The notes under the pieces are model-generated. The model was not told the DNA's origin. It made no database searches and was given only the letters and a program-made list of their open reading frames with translations. Below are positions 35,951 to 50,493 of a stretch of DNA of 64,000 bases, one piece after another (position 1 is the stretch's first letter; each line of letters opens with the position of its first letter). Made by a program: the position numbers and the translations under genes. This stretch comes from Octopus sinensis (taxonomy: Eukaryota). The stretch covers positions 143,220,001 through 143,284,000 of the forward strand of contig NC_042998.1 in the NCBI RefSeq assembly GCF_006345805.1, read 5' to 3'.

Positions 35951-38943
35951 CACACACACACACACACACACACATTAGACCTATTGTCTATCTGAACTTC
36001 CTTCTCTTTTTACATAGCTTGTACAAAAACGGACTAATGTCGTTTTTACTCCGAAATAGCAAATATGGTTATTCTTCAAACACACCGTCTTCTTTCTTCT
36101 TCTCTACCTCTATCTCTATATCTATTATCAATGAATCCCATTTCTCTATTCATCAGTATTTCTAAATATATTGTTCTAATGTCTCATGCATGTCTAAATT
36201 CTTTTGATATTTCGATTAGCTATTTCTTTTTCAGTTAATTCCATTCGAAATAATTTCATTTTCAGTTTTATTAAAATTTTCTTTCATTTTCAAAACAGAC
36301 CCTTATAAATTAATATCACCTTTCATTTTATGTCTGTTTCAGTGAGGCTCCATTAACATCTATTTCTTTTGAACTTATTCTCCATTGTGTAGTGTCTTTA
36401 AATCTAAGGTGTCTTTCTATATATGGTCCAGCCCGACCACACAGCAACAAAAGATACAAGAAGCATCTATTACATCTGCAACAAAACAAGCGGCTGTTTA
36501 CAGGCTTGAGACTCTGATAGGTAAAATATACATTAAATATACGATAGACGATTTCATACATATATGTCCATGAATTCATTTGCATTACATAACAGTTCTA
36601 TTCAAATTCAAGCTATACATAAGTCTTTCTTTTCAATTTCATTAATATTCCCTTACAATTTTCAAAACAGATCCTCATAAATAAGAATTATCACTTTCCT
36701 GTGGAATACTTTTAATATTGCTCTTAACCATTCTTTTACATGAATTCCCTTTCACTCAGGGTTTGTGAATTGAAGGAAATTTTTAAAATGATGAGCAAGC
36801 AAGAGATTTCACTGGAGAATTCATGCTTAATGAATCTATTAGTTTGTGAGAAACAAATATTAATTGAATTTCATGGAGAAATATCGGTGGGAAAAAAATT
36901 AGATGTTACAAAGATGATAGTGGTAGTGGTGGTGGTGGTGGTGGTGGATATGGTGGTGTTGGTGGTGGTTATGGTGATGGTGTGGATGAACGAACGAAAA
37001 AATTAAGGCAGCAGCGCGCATATATATGTATATGTATGTATATATTTTTCCCCTACTCTTCCACCTCTCCTTTTTTATTCTTTTTCTTTTTCTTAACAAC
37101 TTGAGATATTCGCCCATTCCTATATATTATTTCTTCACACATATGCTTTTCTTCATTTGTTCTCTCACTCTGTGCTTTCCACTCATTTTCGATCAAATCT
37201 TCTGCGAGTTAACTTGAGATCCCTTGACGACAATGTAACTTTCATTTAACTAAGGTATCTTCAGCCTGATTAGTAGCTAGTGGAATACCCCACCCCTCCG
37301 TTGAGTAATTACTACTTTCGAGGTTCTGGTAGCTAGGAAACATATGTAGCCTGAATTTTACCTGTTCCATTCCCTAAATTTGAATTTGTATTCGCATATA
37401 CAGCAACCCCAGTTACTAACCGTGTACTATAGAATAACTTCTTTCGGCTTATCGAACTTCGATATGGGAAAACTTTACAACCTTCTACATCAATAAACCA
37501 CTATGATTGCTGAAAGTTGTTTTTTATACTTTCTACGGACTGCTCGAAGCTTACTAACTTCATACACCTGGATCCTTGGATCTAACCATTACATATCACG
37601 TGATCATCTTTCTTTTCCTTCAGGACTGTCCTTAGGACTGGACGTAATCTCTCTCTTCTATCTTTTCTCTTTTCAAAGAAAATATTTCTCCAGCGTTCAA
37701 TATTTTCTTCTCGTTCTGGTATAACGATCCTCCGTGTTTGTTTTCGTTTGGATTCATTGTATGTCTCCACTGTCCTGTTTTTGTTCCCAACTTTGACCTT
37801 CGATAAATCTAAAATTTTGTATTGTTATTTATGGGAGCAACTGACTTTGAAGACTCATATTGTCATTCAATGCTCGAAATGAGGAGTAGATAGACAGCCG
37901 ACAACTGCTGAAGGGTCGTTCATTGTGTTACTTGTCCTGTTTCCCATTTGTTTCTCTCTTAGTTTGCTTATTGAAGTCATTTATTTTCGTACTTCATGTT
38001 GTTTACTGTTGGTAACGTCCTGTACCCATTTATGCATTTCTTTCTATCAGCCCTTTCACGCTTACTTCGTTCATTCTACACTTCGTTCTTTCGTTCCCCC
38101 TCTCTCACATTTCATTGCCTTCTCTTCATGCCCACTTTCCCTCCTCTTTTCACTTCACTGTGTCCCTGTCATTTTTTCTCGCCCCTCCTTATTTCTTTTG
38201 TCCTTCTGCCTCTACCTCTCTCTCTCTCTCTCTTTTCTCCCGACGTGACCGGTGTTCGGCCAAGCCTAACTTTTCTTTCTTGGTTCGGCCACTGTCCGTG
38301 CAACATCTATATTCCTCCCTGTGCCTGTGAAATCTTGTACCCCTGCCGTAAAGCTTTACTTCCACACATGCCAGCTTAACTTAATTCGTCCTTAGTCGAA
38401 AAACGCCTGTTGTAATGTCCTGTTATTTGTATTTGTGTAACATTCTCCATTTTTTTCAGCTCTTGTTGTCGTATACATTCGCTGCTTTCTTCTAAGGAAT
38501 CTTAGCTTAGTTTTTCCTTGGGGCTGGCCAGATTGAAGCATCGAGTATAACCAGCCGAAATTGCAAAGATAATCAGGAACTCGACTGAAGAAAGAAAACT
38601 CCGAATGACCCGTCCTTGTTTTCTTTGTATCGTCTATTTGGATGTTTTGCGTTCTTGTCCCATTTTGCATGATATATATACATAAGTCGGGACAAAAGTT
38701 AAAAAAGAAAGAAAAAAAGAAAATATAAATTTTTGAGGGGAGGGACCAGTCGACTACATCATCAGGAGCGCTCAGCTGGTGCTTATTTAATGGAGCCCGA
38801 AAGGATGAAAGGCAAGATCAACCTCAGCGGAATTAGAACTCAGAATGTACAGAGCCGGACGAAAAACTGCTAAGCATTTTGCTCGGTGAGCTGACAATTT
38901 TCATCGCCAGCTAATCGCCTTCAATAGTAATAATAATATTAAC

Positions 38944-39000
<57 letters not shown>

Positions 39001-39002
<2 letters not shown>

Positions 39003-40049
39003 CAACAAATTTCGGAATTAGAGATAGACATACAGGAAACAGGCACAGAAAAAGCTAAGCGCATGAAAACCCGTGCTAAATCTGCGGCCTTAGATATTCT
39101 CAATGATAAATGGCAAGAAAAACCTCTCTATGGCAAATACCCAAAGAGAGCGAATAATGCAGATGTTGACAAAGCCCTGACCCATCAATGGCTAATGGCC
39201 TCTGGCTTAAAATCTGAAATAGAGGGGTTTATCATAGCAGCTCAAGATCAATGCCTACCAACAAGAAACTACCAGGCCAACATATTAAAGATCAGCAGCA
39301 GTCCAACGTGTCGTGTATGCCAGCAACAAAATGAAACCATTGATCATGTGGTCTCCAAGTGCAGTCTTCTAGCGCCTACAGAGTATCTCAACAGGCATGA
39401 TAGAGCTGCACAATATATTCACTGGGTAATCTGCAAAAACCTGGATTTGCCCCATGAAAAAAACTGGTGGGAAAACAAACCACCTCCAGTGCTTGAAAAT
39501 GACCACATTTCACTCCTCTGGAACTTCTCCATTCAAACTGACAGAAAGATAGATGCAAATAGGCCAGACATCATATTGAAAGACTTCAGACAAAGAACAT
39601 GCCTCCTCATTGATATGACTGTTCCAATCGATATAAACGTATCTGTCAAGACCTACCAAAAACTGAGCAAATATAAAGATCTTGAAATAGAAATCAGCAA
39701 AATGTGGAACCTGAAGACTAAAACAATACCTGTTGTCATAGGTGCCCTGGGAATGATAGAAAAAGAGGCTGATTGCTACTTAACTCAGATACCAGGAAAC
39801 CCAAAAATGGCAGAAATTCAAAAGATAGTGCTCATGGGAACTGCTCATATCCTACGCAAAATACTTTCTATGTAATCTCAAGGTTTAAAACAAACATTTT
39901 TTTTAGACATCCACCAGTACAACACAAAAAACAACCAAATATATGGCACACTAGGCATAACAACAACGTGAACTTCCAACCTGTTGTCTCCTGAGGTCTC
40001 TGGGTGAGACTTGGAGCCAACTTGTACAAATATAAAGCAAAAGTCAAAC

Positions 40050-40051
<2 letters not shown>
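39001..40051 (+). mobile_element. 5'-truncated R4/Dong-like non-LTR retrotransposon (RLE endonuclease), between (TAA)n tracts
   Basis: The ORF is open from 39003 to 39875: CRVC…ETIDHVVSKC (CCHC), RHD…IHW, QTDRKIDANRPDI..…LIDMTVP.D, K.SKY.DL, IPVVIGALG. It is flanked on both sides by (AAT)n. Confidence 0.9.
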
Positions 40052-40094
<43 letters not shown>

Positions 40095-40199
40095 TGATAA
40101 TGATGATGATGATGGTGGTGGTGGTGGTGGTGGTGGTGGTGGTGGTGGAGGTGGTGATAAATAAATAAATAAATAAACCAGCAAAAACAAACAAAAACA

Positions 40200-40530
40200 A
40201 AAAATACAATCCCTTAAAATTTGAAATAAGAAAAATTTGGAATATGCGAACAGCAAAGGTCGTGCCTATAATAATCAGTGCGTTGGGAACAGTAAACAAA
40301 GACATAGACAAATAGCTGAAAGAGATAGAAATATAATGCCAGTAGAACTCCTACAGAAAGTTTGTCTCTTAGGGACAGCGAGGACTATCAGAAGGGTTCT
40401 AAGCACTTGAAAGACAGCTGAAAACTTGTGGATACCTAAGGTTACAGGAGGTAACAGGTAGTAATCCGCCACCCGCATAAATCGCACTAGGAATAAGACC
40501 GAACCTGTGTCAAACCAAAATAATAACAAT
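40200..40530 (+). pseudogene. Second, older RLE-LINE 3' fragment
   Basis: WNMRTAKVVPIIISALGTV…ELLQKVCLLGTARTIRRVL with stops; followed by AAT-rich sequence. Confidence 0.75.
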
Positions 40531-41659
40531 AATAGTAATAATGATAAAATTCCTTTCTACAACAGGCACAAGGCCTAAAATTTGTGGGGAGGGGGACTTG
40601 TCGATCATATCGACCCCAGTGTTTCACTGGTACTTAATTTATCGACCCTGAAAAGATGAACGGCAAAGTCGACCTCGGCGGAATTTTAACTCAGAACGGA
40701 GCAACGGGCGAAATATTGCTAAGCATTTCGTCCAGCGTGCTAGCGATTCTGCCAGCTCGTCAAATGATAATAAAAATTTATTTTATTGGTCACAAGGATC
40801 CTCGTCATTGAGGATTAATAATAATTCTTTCTAATTTGGAACAAGGCCATCAGATGTAAGGGAGTAGTTAACCGATTACATTGACCCCAGTATCTCACTG
40901 GTACTTTATTTTATCTCGAAAAGTATTTGTTCCAGTTCTTTATGTTCTGAATCGAAATCCCAATAGAGTCAGCTTTGCCTATCACCCTTTTAGAAGTTGA
41001 TAAAAAGGAATAAAATAAAGTACCAGCCAAGCACTGAAGTCGGTGGTATGATTAACTCCCGCCTCACACATCAAATTTGCTAGGTCTTATGCCTTATTCC
41101 CTAACTAAGGGAATAGAAGTGGAGCAGGTTGAACGCAGCCATACTTGTACTGGTTTACATTGAAAGTTAAGGAAAAAAAAAACGCTCTGTATTCTTGAGC
41201 TATCACGTGAGGGATAACAGTTTAATTTACGGTCGATAGTCTGTTGAACTTTGAATAATAAATATTCCACCTTCAGGATCGTTCGGAGACACAAAACAAA
41301 CGGCAAAATGTCACGGAAAGAAGGCATTTTGGTTTTCTTCTTCCCAAACCGCCTCCTTGCAAAAGGTTCCATATTCTAAAGGCAAAATAAAATAACAACA
41401 ACTTCCCTACAACAAAAAAAATCGATATCAGGTTTGTAAGAAACGAGTCATAGACTTACTAGCAAGCCGAGACTGCAAACATAGTTTCGATTTCCTTTCA
41501 TAAACGATACGAAAGCCCTCTAACAAAGGTTTTAAACGTCAAAGGTTTTAAACATCAAATTTCTCAGTTCGATTCCTCTAAAATATCTGTCATTCATGTC
41601 TACTCAGAATAAAAATAATCCGGTGTATGCAACTGAAGCAGTATTAATTTTTTTTAAAT

Positions 41660-42100
41660 AGCTATCTGTGCATCATACTTAATGTAAATACATTGCTGAA
41701 CGACAAGTTACTACGGTTTCGTCTGGAATAAAATTTCTAATGGATGGGCAGTATTTAAAAACAAGCTGTAGAGAAGGGAAACGTTCCCGGTGGCTTTTCG
41801 CAATACAACCAGTAAATGCATTATTTATAGTTACTACATATCGGAAGCGACAAACCTCGTCAAGGCATATGGCTACCAGCCAGTACAAGTAACTGAAAAG
41901 GCCCCAAAAGACCGTAATGCATCTTCCGTTCTCGCTGCTGCCCGGGACGATTTTTAATCTCCTACTGATGTATGTTATGTTTTTAAACACAGTGCGTCCA
42001 CGTGAGTTTTTTTTCTTCTTCTTTATCTCGAACAAAAACCGCAGTCACTATGCGGTGTAGTTATTCGTTCCAACCCTCATCTTATTGCAGCATTTGTATG
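41660..42100. mobile_element. Decayed copy of the long-TIR fold-back family seen at 54473-55017
   Basis: Shares ACTTAATGYAAATACAT…TTTAAAAAC on the left and CGCTGCTG…CGATTTT…CTACTGA…GTTTTTAAAC..AGT.CGTCCA on the right. Confidence 0.55.
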
Positions 42101-43806
42101 CACGCATGTATACATACATGCATACATATATACATACGCATATATGTTTATGATATACATACTCACACGCGCGCGCACGCATGCACAGAGAGCACATACA
42201 TATGTATATAAGATATATATATATATAGATATATAATATATATAATTTATAATATTCTATATTTTACGCCAGTGCCATAATGCTAGACATTTATTTTAGT
42301 TGTTAGTATGGTCAGTACCTATTGTGGTTAATATGCAATTTGTAGGGTTTTTTTAAAAATGGAAGTAAAATTATTGAAAGTGACGATAGTGACATCCCAC
42401 GATTTCATAAAACGAACATAAAATGAACAGGTGTAATCCCTTAACTTTATTAGCAGAACTATTTCATTATGCCGCGTCCACAAGCATCTACTTCTATAGT
42501 ACCATATAGTGATATCTTAAGTACCTTAGAAATAGCAACTGAGGTACACCGTTCCAATGTACTACACCCAACAACAAACGCAACGGAGAAGGTGATTCGG
42601 TAACTTGTATGTCGATACTTGACAGCCACCACGGTTACATATGGGTCATGTAATAATCCTGCACTGCTACACCGGTGAATTCACGCGTGTTTTGAGCCAC
42701 ATTGTCTAAAGTTGTCTCCGATGACGGAAAACGACAGCCATCACACATTCACGTTCGAATCTGCCAAAATGTATTGGAAAATAATAGCCACGTTAATGTT
42801 TGGATTCTCGCTGAACTAAACTTCTAAATTAAGGCCTCTCCAAGTGTAAATTCGCTACAGATCACTAGGTAGAATACTTCATTATCATCATCTCTTTAGC
42901 ATTATTATCTCGTGTCATAGGACTCATAGGGTTGGTCGCCCAGTTTCTATAGTGGATAAGTAACCAATATCACAACATGCCCCCCACCTCCACAACGGGA
43001 TGCTAGTCAGTCGTAGAGTTACCCTCTGAGGGGTTTTATTTTTTTGTTCAAGAACACAACATAGCACCCGGTCGAGAATTGAATCCACGATCTTCAGATC
43101 GTAAGTGCAACATCCTAACCACTAGGCCATACGTCTCCACTTGATTAGTTCACCTCTGTCAAGAAAAAAAAAACAGAAAAAAAGCAACATCGCCATAACA
43201 CATTTCAGTGGGTTACACTGCAGAGGTAGCCAGTAAAGATCTGTTCTATTGATCTCATATGCGAACAAGTAGCCATGGTCTGCGAAATCTCAGACACAGC
43301 GAGGTGGGGGAAGGGAGGACGCGTTTCCATTGTTATTTTATGTATGAATTCGATCTTGAAGACGAATAATCTTTTGATGTCTCGGTTTAGCTTAGCTTAG
43401 CATAGCGTATCATGACGTTGCCATGGTCACCAACGAACTGTTTGGTAAGTATCGATTACGTACTGTGATCAGTTTTAACTTCAAAATTCGATCTGTTATT
43501 GTAACAGGATACTTACGACTATGTTGACACACAAACACACGTATGTATGTATGTATGTATGTATGTATGTATGTATGTATGTATGTATGTATGTATGTAT
43601 GTATGTATGTGTGTGTGTATACGGTCATATACAAAATGCACATGCACTGACTTGTGCACAAGTATGTCATGCGTTATGCGTTTGTGTCTGTGTGTGTGTA
43701 TGTATATTCATATATGTTTATAAATACATATGTATGAATGTAAGTATGTATGTGTGTATGTATGTATGCATGCATGTATGCATGTATGTATGTGTGTGTG
43801 TAATGT

Positions 43807-43837
<31 letters not shown>

Positions 43838-44848
43838 AGTAAATATCTTTATCTTTTGCTTGCTTTCAGTCACTGGACTACGGCCATACTGGGATACCGC
43901 TTTGAACAAATCGAACAAATCGATTTCAGTGCTTTGTTTTTTTTAAAGTTTGCTACTTCTACTATCGGTCTCTGAGTTACGAGGACATAAGGAAACTAAT
44001 GTGGTGGTGGTGGTGGTTGGGAGAGGTAAAAACAAACACAAATATGCATACACCACACACATACACGCACATATAGTTATACCAGAGGCGACTCAAGGTT
44101 ATCAGCGTCACTCGGGCTATGACAGATTTCGCATAAGACACGTCTACTCGAAGAATTTCACGCTTTCCGCTTTATTTCTAGCCCCAAATGGCTTATTTTT
44201 TATATCTTGCACTATGTCTTTCTTCATTTCTAAGTTAAGGGTTAAAATAAACCAACCTTGCAAAACACAACTGATCTTTGCACACAGACACACAGAATAA
44301 CAGCAATCAAATAACAGTGGAGTGCACAACAAACATCAGCGATCTGACTGTTGCCTGTGCTCTTGACAAGAGATGCCAGTTAGTTTTTATACACCCACTA
44401 GGCTCGTTCGTATTAGCCCGAGTTGCTGGATAATATTTCGTTCCTTTAAGAATATTGTAGAACGGAAACTTTTCATAGATCGGAATTTAAATACTAATCT
44501 CTATAGAAAGTTATTGTTTCAAGAAAACACTGAATTTGAATTACTTTTAATTTTTACGATTATAGATAACAACTTGGGCCGTAACTTCTGAGGTGCGTGT
44601 GAACGATGTCGAGAGAACGTCTGCTACGAATGATATTTTTTGACACAGGGCACTTCTAAGACACCGCCAAACACTGAACGAAATGAACTGCGACCAAGCT
44701 CAATAAAAGGAGCTCGTGTTATTGACTGAAATTACACACTTGAAGTCAGTGTTGTTAGAAATGAAATCAACTTGCAAATACACGTTCACTTTACTAAATT
44801 GATACTCGAGCTAAGCCCGAACAGCCCGAGTGCCGGAGTCGCCACTGG

Positions 44849-44895
<47 letters not shown>

Positions 44896-45029
44896 CATAC
44901 ATGTACATATATGTGCAAGAGTGTGTATGTATGAGTGCATACACACTCTTCTGACAATATGATAGCTTTGATAACTTTGATAGATTTCGGCCAGTATAGG
45001 CCCAGGCTATGTCTAACTTGATAGCACTA

Positions 45030-46020
45030 CCTGGTGAAGTCTTTCAGTCATATATAGGGCACCATGGCCCACTCTAGCAAAGAGTTATTATTGTTGGAGA
45101 CATGTCCGGGTGTAGGAGGCTGGTCCGGGATTTTTTGAAGAAATTTGTCCGGTGAACTTCTGTGTTTTATGGGATCCGTTTCCGTTTTGACATATTTTGG
45201 TATGGTATTAAAGAAAGCTAGACCAGTTGAGGTAAAGTAGTTGTGACGTAACGTTATGTGTCCTGAGTTCGATTTTTGTAGTGGGTGGATAGTACGGGGT
45301 CCAAGTCTTGGATGGATTTTAAAATTGATGCCAGCATCATTTGTGAAATATTGATGGAATATTTTCCACATCACACAAATGATGTAGCGCTCCCGGCGGC
45401 GTTGGAGAGAGTAGAGACTGAGTATTTTTAGTGGACCCCAATAGTCAATGCCTGACATGTCGTCTAACTCTCTTGTTATTGACCTCTGGAGTGATTCCAC
45501 TTCCATAATGAGTCGATTCGTATGAGGAGACCACAGCGGGCAACAGTATTCAAGGTGGGGTCGGGCAAAAGTAGAGTAGAGAAGGATGATGGTGTGAGCA
45601 TCTAGACCGGAAAGTTCTCAGAATCCAGAAGCACATCTTGCGGGCCAAGTTAACCTTGCTGTTTACGTGGGAACTCCAGCTTAAATTGTCATCAACGATT
45701 GTTCCAAAGTCTCTGGTGTTGTTGGATGACACTAGGGAGTCACCCGAGGGAAGAGCGTATGATAGTTTCAGAGTATCCTCTTTTCTAAAGTGGATCAAAT
45801 TAAATTTATCTACATTTAAAAGCATATTGTATTTTTCCGTCCATTAGACAACAGCAAACAGATCGGTATTCCATACTGTTTATGGCTTTCTGGAGGTTGG
45901 AATCATCTGCAAAGATTTTCAGTGTAAAATGTTTGATGACGTCTACTGTGTCATGGATGTAGATAATGAAGAGGAGTGGGCCCAACACAGCACCTTGTGG
46001 GACACCACTACTGACTATGT
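45030..46020 (-). pseudogene. CR1/L2-group LINE reverse transcriptase remnant
   Basis: SGVPQGAVLGPLLFIIYIHD, KIFADD, N.DKF, RDFGTIVDDNLSWSSHV, LYSLQRRRER; frameshifted. Confidence 0.88.
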
Positions 46021-46181
46021 TCACCACCACTCATTGCTTGAGCCTCGTGGAGCTTTAGGTGTTTTCGCTCAATAAACACTCATAATGCCCGGTCTGGGAA
46101 TCGAAACCGCGATTCTACGATCGCAAGTCCGCTGCCCTAAACACTGGGCCATTGTGCCACCACACGCACATACACACACAC

Positions 46182-46212
<31 letters not shown>

Positions 46213-47311
46213 TGTATGTATAAACACACACACACACGTGTTTGTGTCACTTTCATGACATTCATGACACTACGATACAATTCTCAAAACAGTCACTTTT
46301 CTGTTTATTTCCCAAGATGGCTGCTGTTGACAGTGTAACATTTTCTATTTATTTTCGTCGCTAAAGCTTTCAGGGAAAGCATCAATTACATTTACTCCAA
46401 CAAATACACAAACACGCGGAGCAGATCGATCCTTGGTGTCTAGTCAAAGTAAGCCAATACTTCATAAATGAATGAATGTCCTAGAAATGACATTAGAAGT
46501 GAAATGAATGAATGGCATATAAGTAAATTGTTAGTAAACTGTTCAATAAAAGCATTAGCGTTAACCACGGCGATCAGAAAGCGCTCGGGGTTGCTGCCAA
46601 GACCATGGATATATATGTCCCTACCTTCAGATTAAACTCTTATACATGTATTTTCTTTCTGCCATTGCCACAAGTCCTGAAATTTTGTGGGAGAGGGCTA
46701 GTCAATTACATCGACCTCAGTACTTATTTTATGCATCTCGAAAGAATGAATTATGCAGCTGATCTCGGCAGGATTTGAACTAACAACGCAAGAAGCAGGA
46801 AGAAATGTCACTATGCATTTTGTCAGACGTGTAAATGATTCTCTCAGCTCGCTATGATGTGATCGTTCGATAGACCCACTGGTGGTCTTTTCTTCATATT
46901 TTTTTTCTCACCTTGTTAATTCTTTGGGAAGAAGAGCGTATTCTCGAAACATAAAAAAACTTTTCCTTCTAAGTCTCCGTGTCCCCTATTCCTGGGCGTA
47001 AACTCAGGATTTTTAATTTTTTTTACCTCGTCCTCATGTTACTTATATTTGGGACACTACTACACCATACTTTGACACTTTGTGAACCAGAGTTCTTCGC
47101 TGACAGGCCGTTGATATTGAGTATGCAAATTAGTAGCTCCAGTGCTCTAGAGCTACTAGTTTCAATGTGTACATAAACTAACTGACTGTTTCTTTCTCTA
47201 GTATTGGTCATGTGATGTAGACACCTTTAATTAAGGTTGTTCCTCATTGCTTCAACCAACAGAGAAATAGGAAAATTTGGTCGGTCTACTATAGAGGTTT
47301 TCATATATATA

Positions 47312-48600
47312 CTAGCAAACGCACCCGTCCTTTGGACAGTGTAATTTATTATAAAGGCGCACTCCTTTGGACGGTTTAAGTTTAATTAGCCTGCAGTTAG
47401 AAGTCGCTTCAAGTTGATAAACGTAAAATTTATAATTACCGATTTCGTTAGCAGTTTATTATATGGTATTAAAAAAAAGCGTAATGATAAAGTTTTTTCA
47501 ACACAAATTTGGCAGTTAGTAATAAATGAAAGTCCATGAAATGAGATCGCAATTTAGTAGGCATTAGGGACCCTATATCTTACCTGAAGTATTTTGTAAC
47601 ATGCAGTTATTTTACTCGTAATGTCTGACACCCCGAATTGAAACTTTTTCATTGATAAACAAAAGTAAACATTTATAACAAACACACAAACAATAATGGC
47701 ATGTACAAAAACAAATGTCAGAGCACGCTTACGAGTGAACAGCATGCGTGAAGTAAGAAGGTTCATTGAAGGTAATGTACACAGCAATCATGGAAATGAA
47801 GCAAAATATCAATGTTCTTGTAAGAAATCTGATTGCTAACGGCTACAGTTTGACGTAGATGTGAAGATTGCAGTAGAGGAGTAAGTACTGTGGGGTTGTT
47901 TTGTAGATGACATTTTTGGTTTTTCCTTCAGGAGCATAGATGAATAAGTTTTCTGGATGGTCAACCCTGGAACAACCGACATAGAACTGTCCATGTGAAA
48001 AGCATGACGTTCGAAGGTCCAATCCGACAACTTTCAGCGACTGACCTTCTGCTTTGTTAATTGTCATGGCGAGGCTGAGTTTGAGGGAACTGAATTCTCT
48101 GGATACGGTAGGGACAGTCTGTTGGGATTAGCGGAATTTTCGTAATAAAAACGGTATCATTTTTGCCGTCCCGTGATAATTTGGGCTTCAATGACGGGGT
48201 CCATCATTTGTTTTACCACATAGTGTGGGTGCGTTTAAATTGCATAAGAGAATGACTGGGCAAGTGAAGTTCATGAGGAGGGAGTCCTGTGGAGGTAATC
48301 CTGAGAAATTCTATTGGAAAGTATGTAACTTGATCGAGGTCGGTAACGGTGTCTACTGATCTGTAACAACGTTCTTGAGAAGGTAGCTTACTGAGTAAGT
48401 TATAGTTAAGAGTGGTGACAGCTGCATTTGTAGGTGCAAGAACAGCCCTGTTCTAACGTGCAAATATCGGCAGTCTGCAATGAATGGGTATTGTAAAACT
48501 GTATAACTGTTACAACTTTGTATGAGTAAAAGCAGAGACTATATATAATATGAATTAATTTCTGAAGATATTTAAAAAATAAATGAATGTTTATTTAAAT
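47312..48600 (-). mobile_element. Helitron 3' fragment (helicase C-terminus and terminus)
   Basis: AMTINKAEGQSLKVVGLDLRTSCFSHGQFYVGCSRV…KTKNVIY; the minus-strand 3' end is CTGTCCAAAGGACGG…CTAG|T at 47312. Confidence 0.85.
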
Positions 48601-48914
48601 TGCATGGCTACATCAAGGAAGTGCTAATATGCAAATATCAGCAGTTTGTAGTGAGGGGCATTGTAAAAACTGTAGTTGAAGACGAAGTGAAAGTAGCATA
48701 ACCACATCATCAAGAGTAATGTCCCTTAAAGCAATGATCGTTGGTATTTGTTATTTACCTATAAGGTGTCTTCGTCCCCTGCGGCGGCATTACTCATTAT
48801 GTGGAAAATTTGAAGAGTCTATGACCATCTCTGGAACATAAATGATGTTTGTTCCCAGCATGAACGAAATTGTATAAAATATATTGATTTTAAGGGGATC
48901 AAGAAAAAGGCACA

Positions 48915-48953
<39 letters not shown>

Positions 48954-49031
48954 TTCCGTTTTATTATACATATAAGATGTATGCATTTGCTTGTGTATAC
49001 TTGCATATATATGTACGTATATATGCTTATA

Positions 49032-49065
<34 letters not shown>

Positions 49066-49846
49066 CATACGCTTATATATGTGAATGCATGTATGTATAT
49101 ACATACATACATACATACATACATACATACATACATACATACATACATACATACATACATTACTGAGGTCATAAGAATTTATAAACATTTTTGGAACTGG
49201 TAAAAGAAACAAAAAATGTACTAGGCATTAAAAAGAAAGAACTGATATCGATTTGTTCGATTAAAATACTTCAAGGCGCAGTTGCAGTCTGGTGACTGAA
49301 AACGATAAAAGAACCACTAGATTCCTAAGTAAAAACTTTAAGCTAAGGGAGGTAACTCTTGTTCACCTATATCAGTATGCCAGATGGAGTGTGCAAAAAG
49401 TTACGGATATATCAATCTAGATGCTAATCTCTCCACTCTGAAGACGGCTTATATGCATACACACTTGAGGTATATCCTCGCCTTTTTGCACACTCCATTT
49501 ATCAATATTACAATTATTACATAATTCCGCGCACCAGAAACAGCTGTCGAACCTGAAATTCTATGCCCTCGCCCCTTACTTTTCTACATTTTTTTGTGTT
49601 CCATGCAAATTTGTTCTGTAAATATACAAATATTTATATGCTTATAGATGAATGTTCATCTGAATATTTTCAGTATTTGTTTCTCCCTTCCTTTCTCTCT
49701 CTCTCTCTCTCTCTTGCTATATATATTCTTTTATTCTTTTATTTGTTCGGGTCATTTGACTGGAGCACCGCCTTTAGTCGAGCAAGTCGACCCCAGGTTG
49801 TCAAGCGATGGTGGCGGGACAAACACAGTCACACAAACATAAAAAT

Positions 49847-49891
<45 letters not shown>

Positions 49892-50393
49892 TATAATATA
49901 ATATATATATAATATATATATATAATATATATGACGGGTTCTTCAGTTGTCCGTCTACCAAATCTACTCACAAGGCTTTGGTCGGTCTGAAGCTATAGTA
50001 GAAGACACTTGTCCAAGGTTCCGCGCAGTTGGACTGAACCCGGAACTATGTGGTTGGTAAGCAAGCTACTTACCACACAGCCACTCCTGCACCTATCATA
50101 TATATATGTGTGTGCGTGTGCGTATGTGTTTGTGTGTGTGTGTGTGTATGTGTGTGTGTGTGTGTGTGGAGGCATAACTACAGATTTCTGCGCCACTCCT
50201 CACCCCGACTTTGGATGATCATAACTTTAAGAAAAATGTATATTTTCTAATGAAAATTTCTACGAATATGTATTCTATCATGTAGATTCCGAATATACAA
50301 ACCTTTAGGGGGAAAGTGTTTTACGAGGGGGTGGGGTGGGAAATTTGGGAAAAGTCACCGGAGTCCACTTCAATTCGTCTTAGGCAACGAGAG

Positions 50394-50493
50394 NNNNNNN
50401 NNNNNNNNNNNNNNNNNNNNNNNNNNNNNNNNNNNNNNNNNNNNNNNNNNNNNNNNNNNNNNNNNNNNNNNNNNNNNNNNNNNNNNNNNNNNN
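50394..50493. other. Assembly gap (100 N)
   Basis: Direct reading. Confidence 1.

Noticed and set aside
49384-49550. 17-bp inverted repeat with CTGAAGA and downstream GAAACAGCTGTC
   Set aside because: Helices I and II do not pair in hammerhead geometry; kept only as a short inverted repeat.
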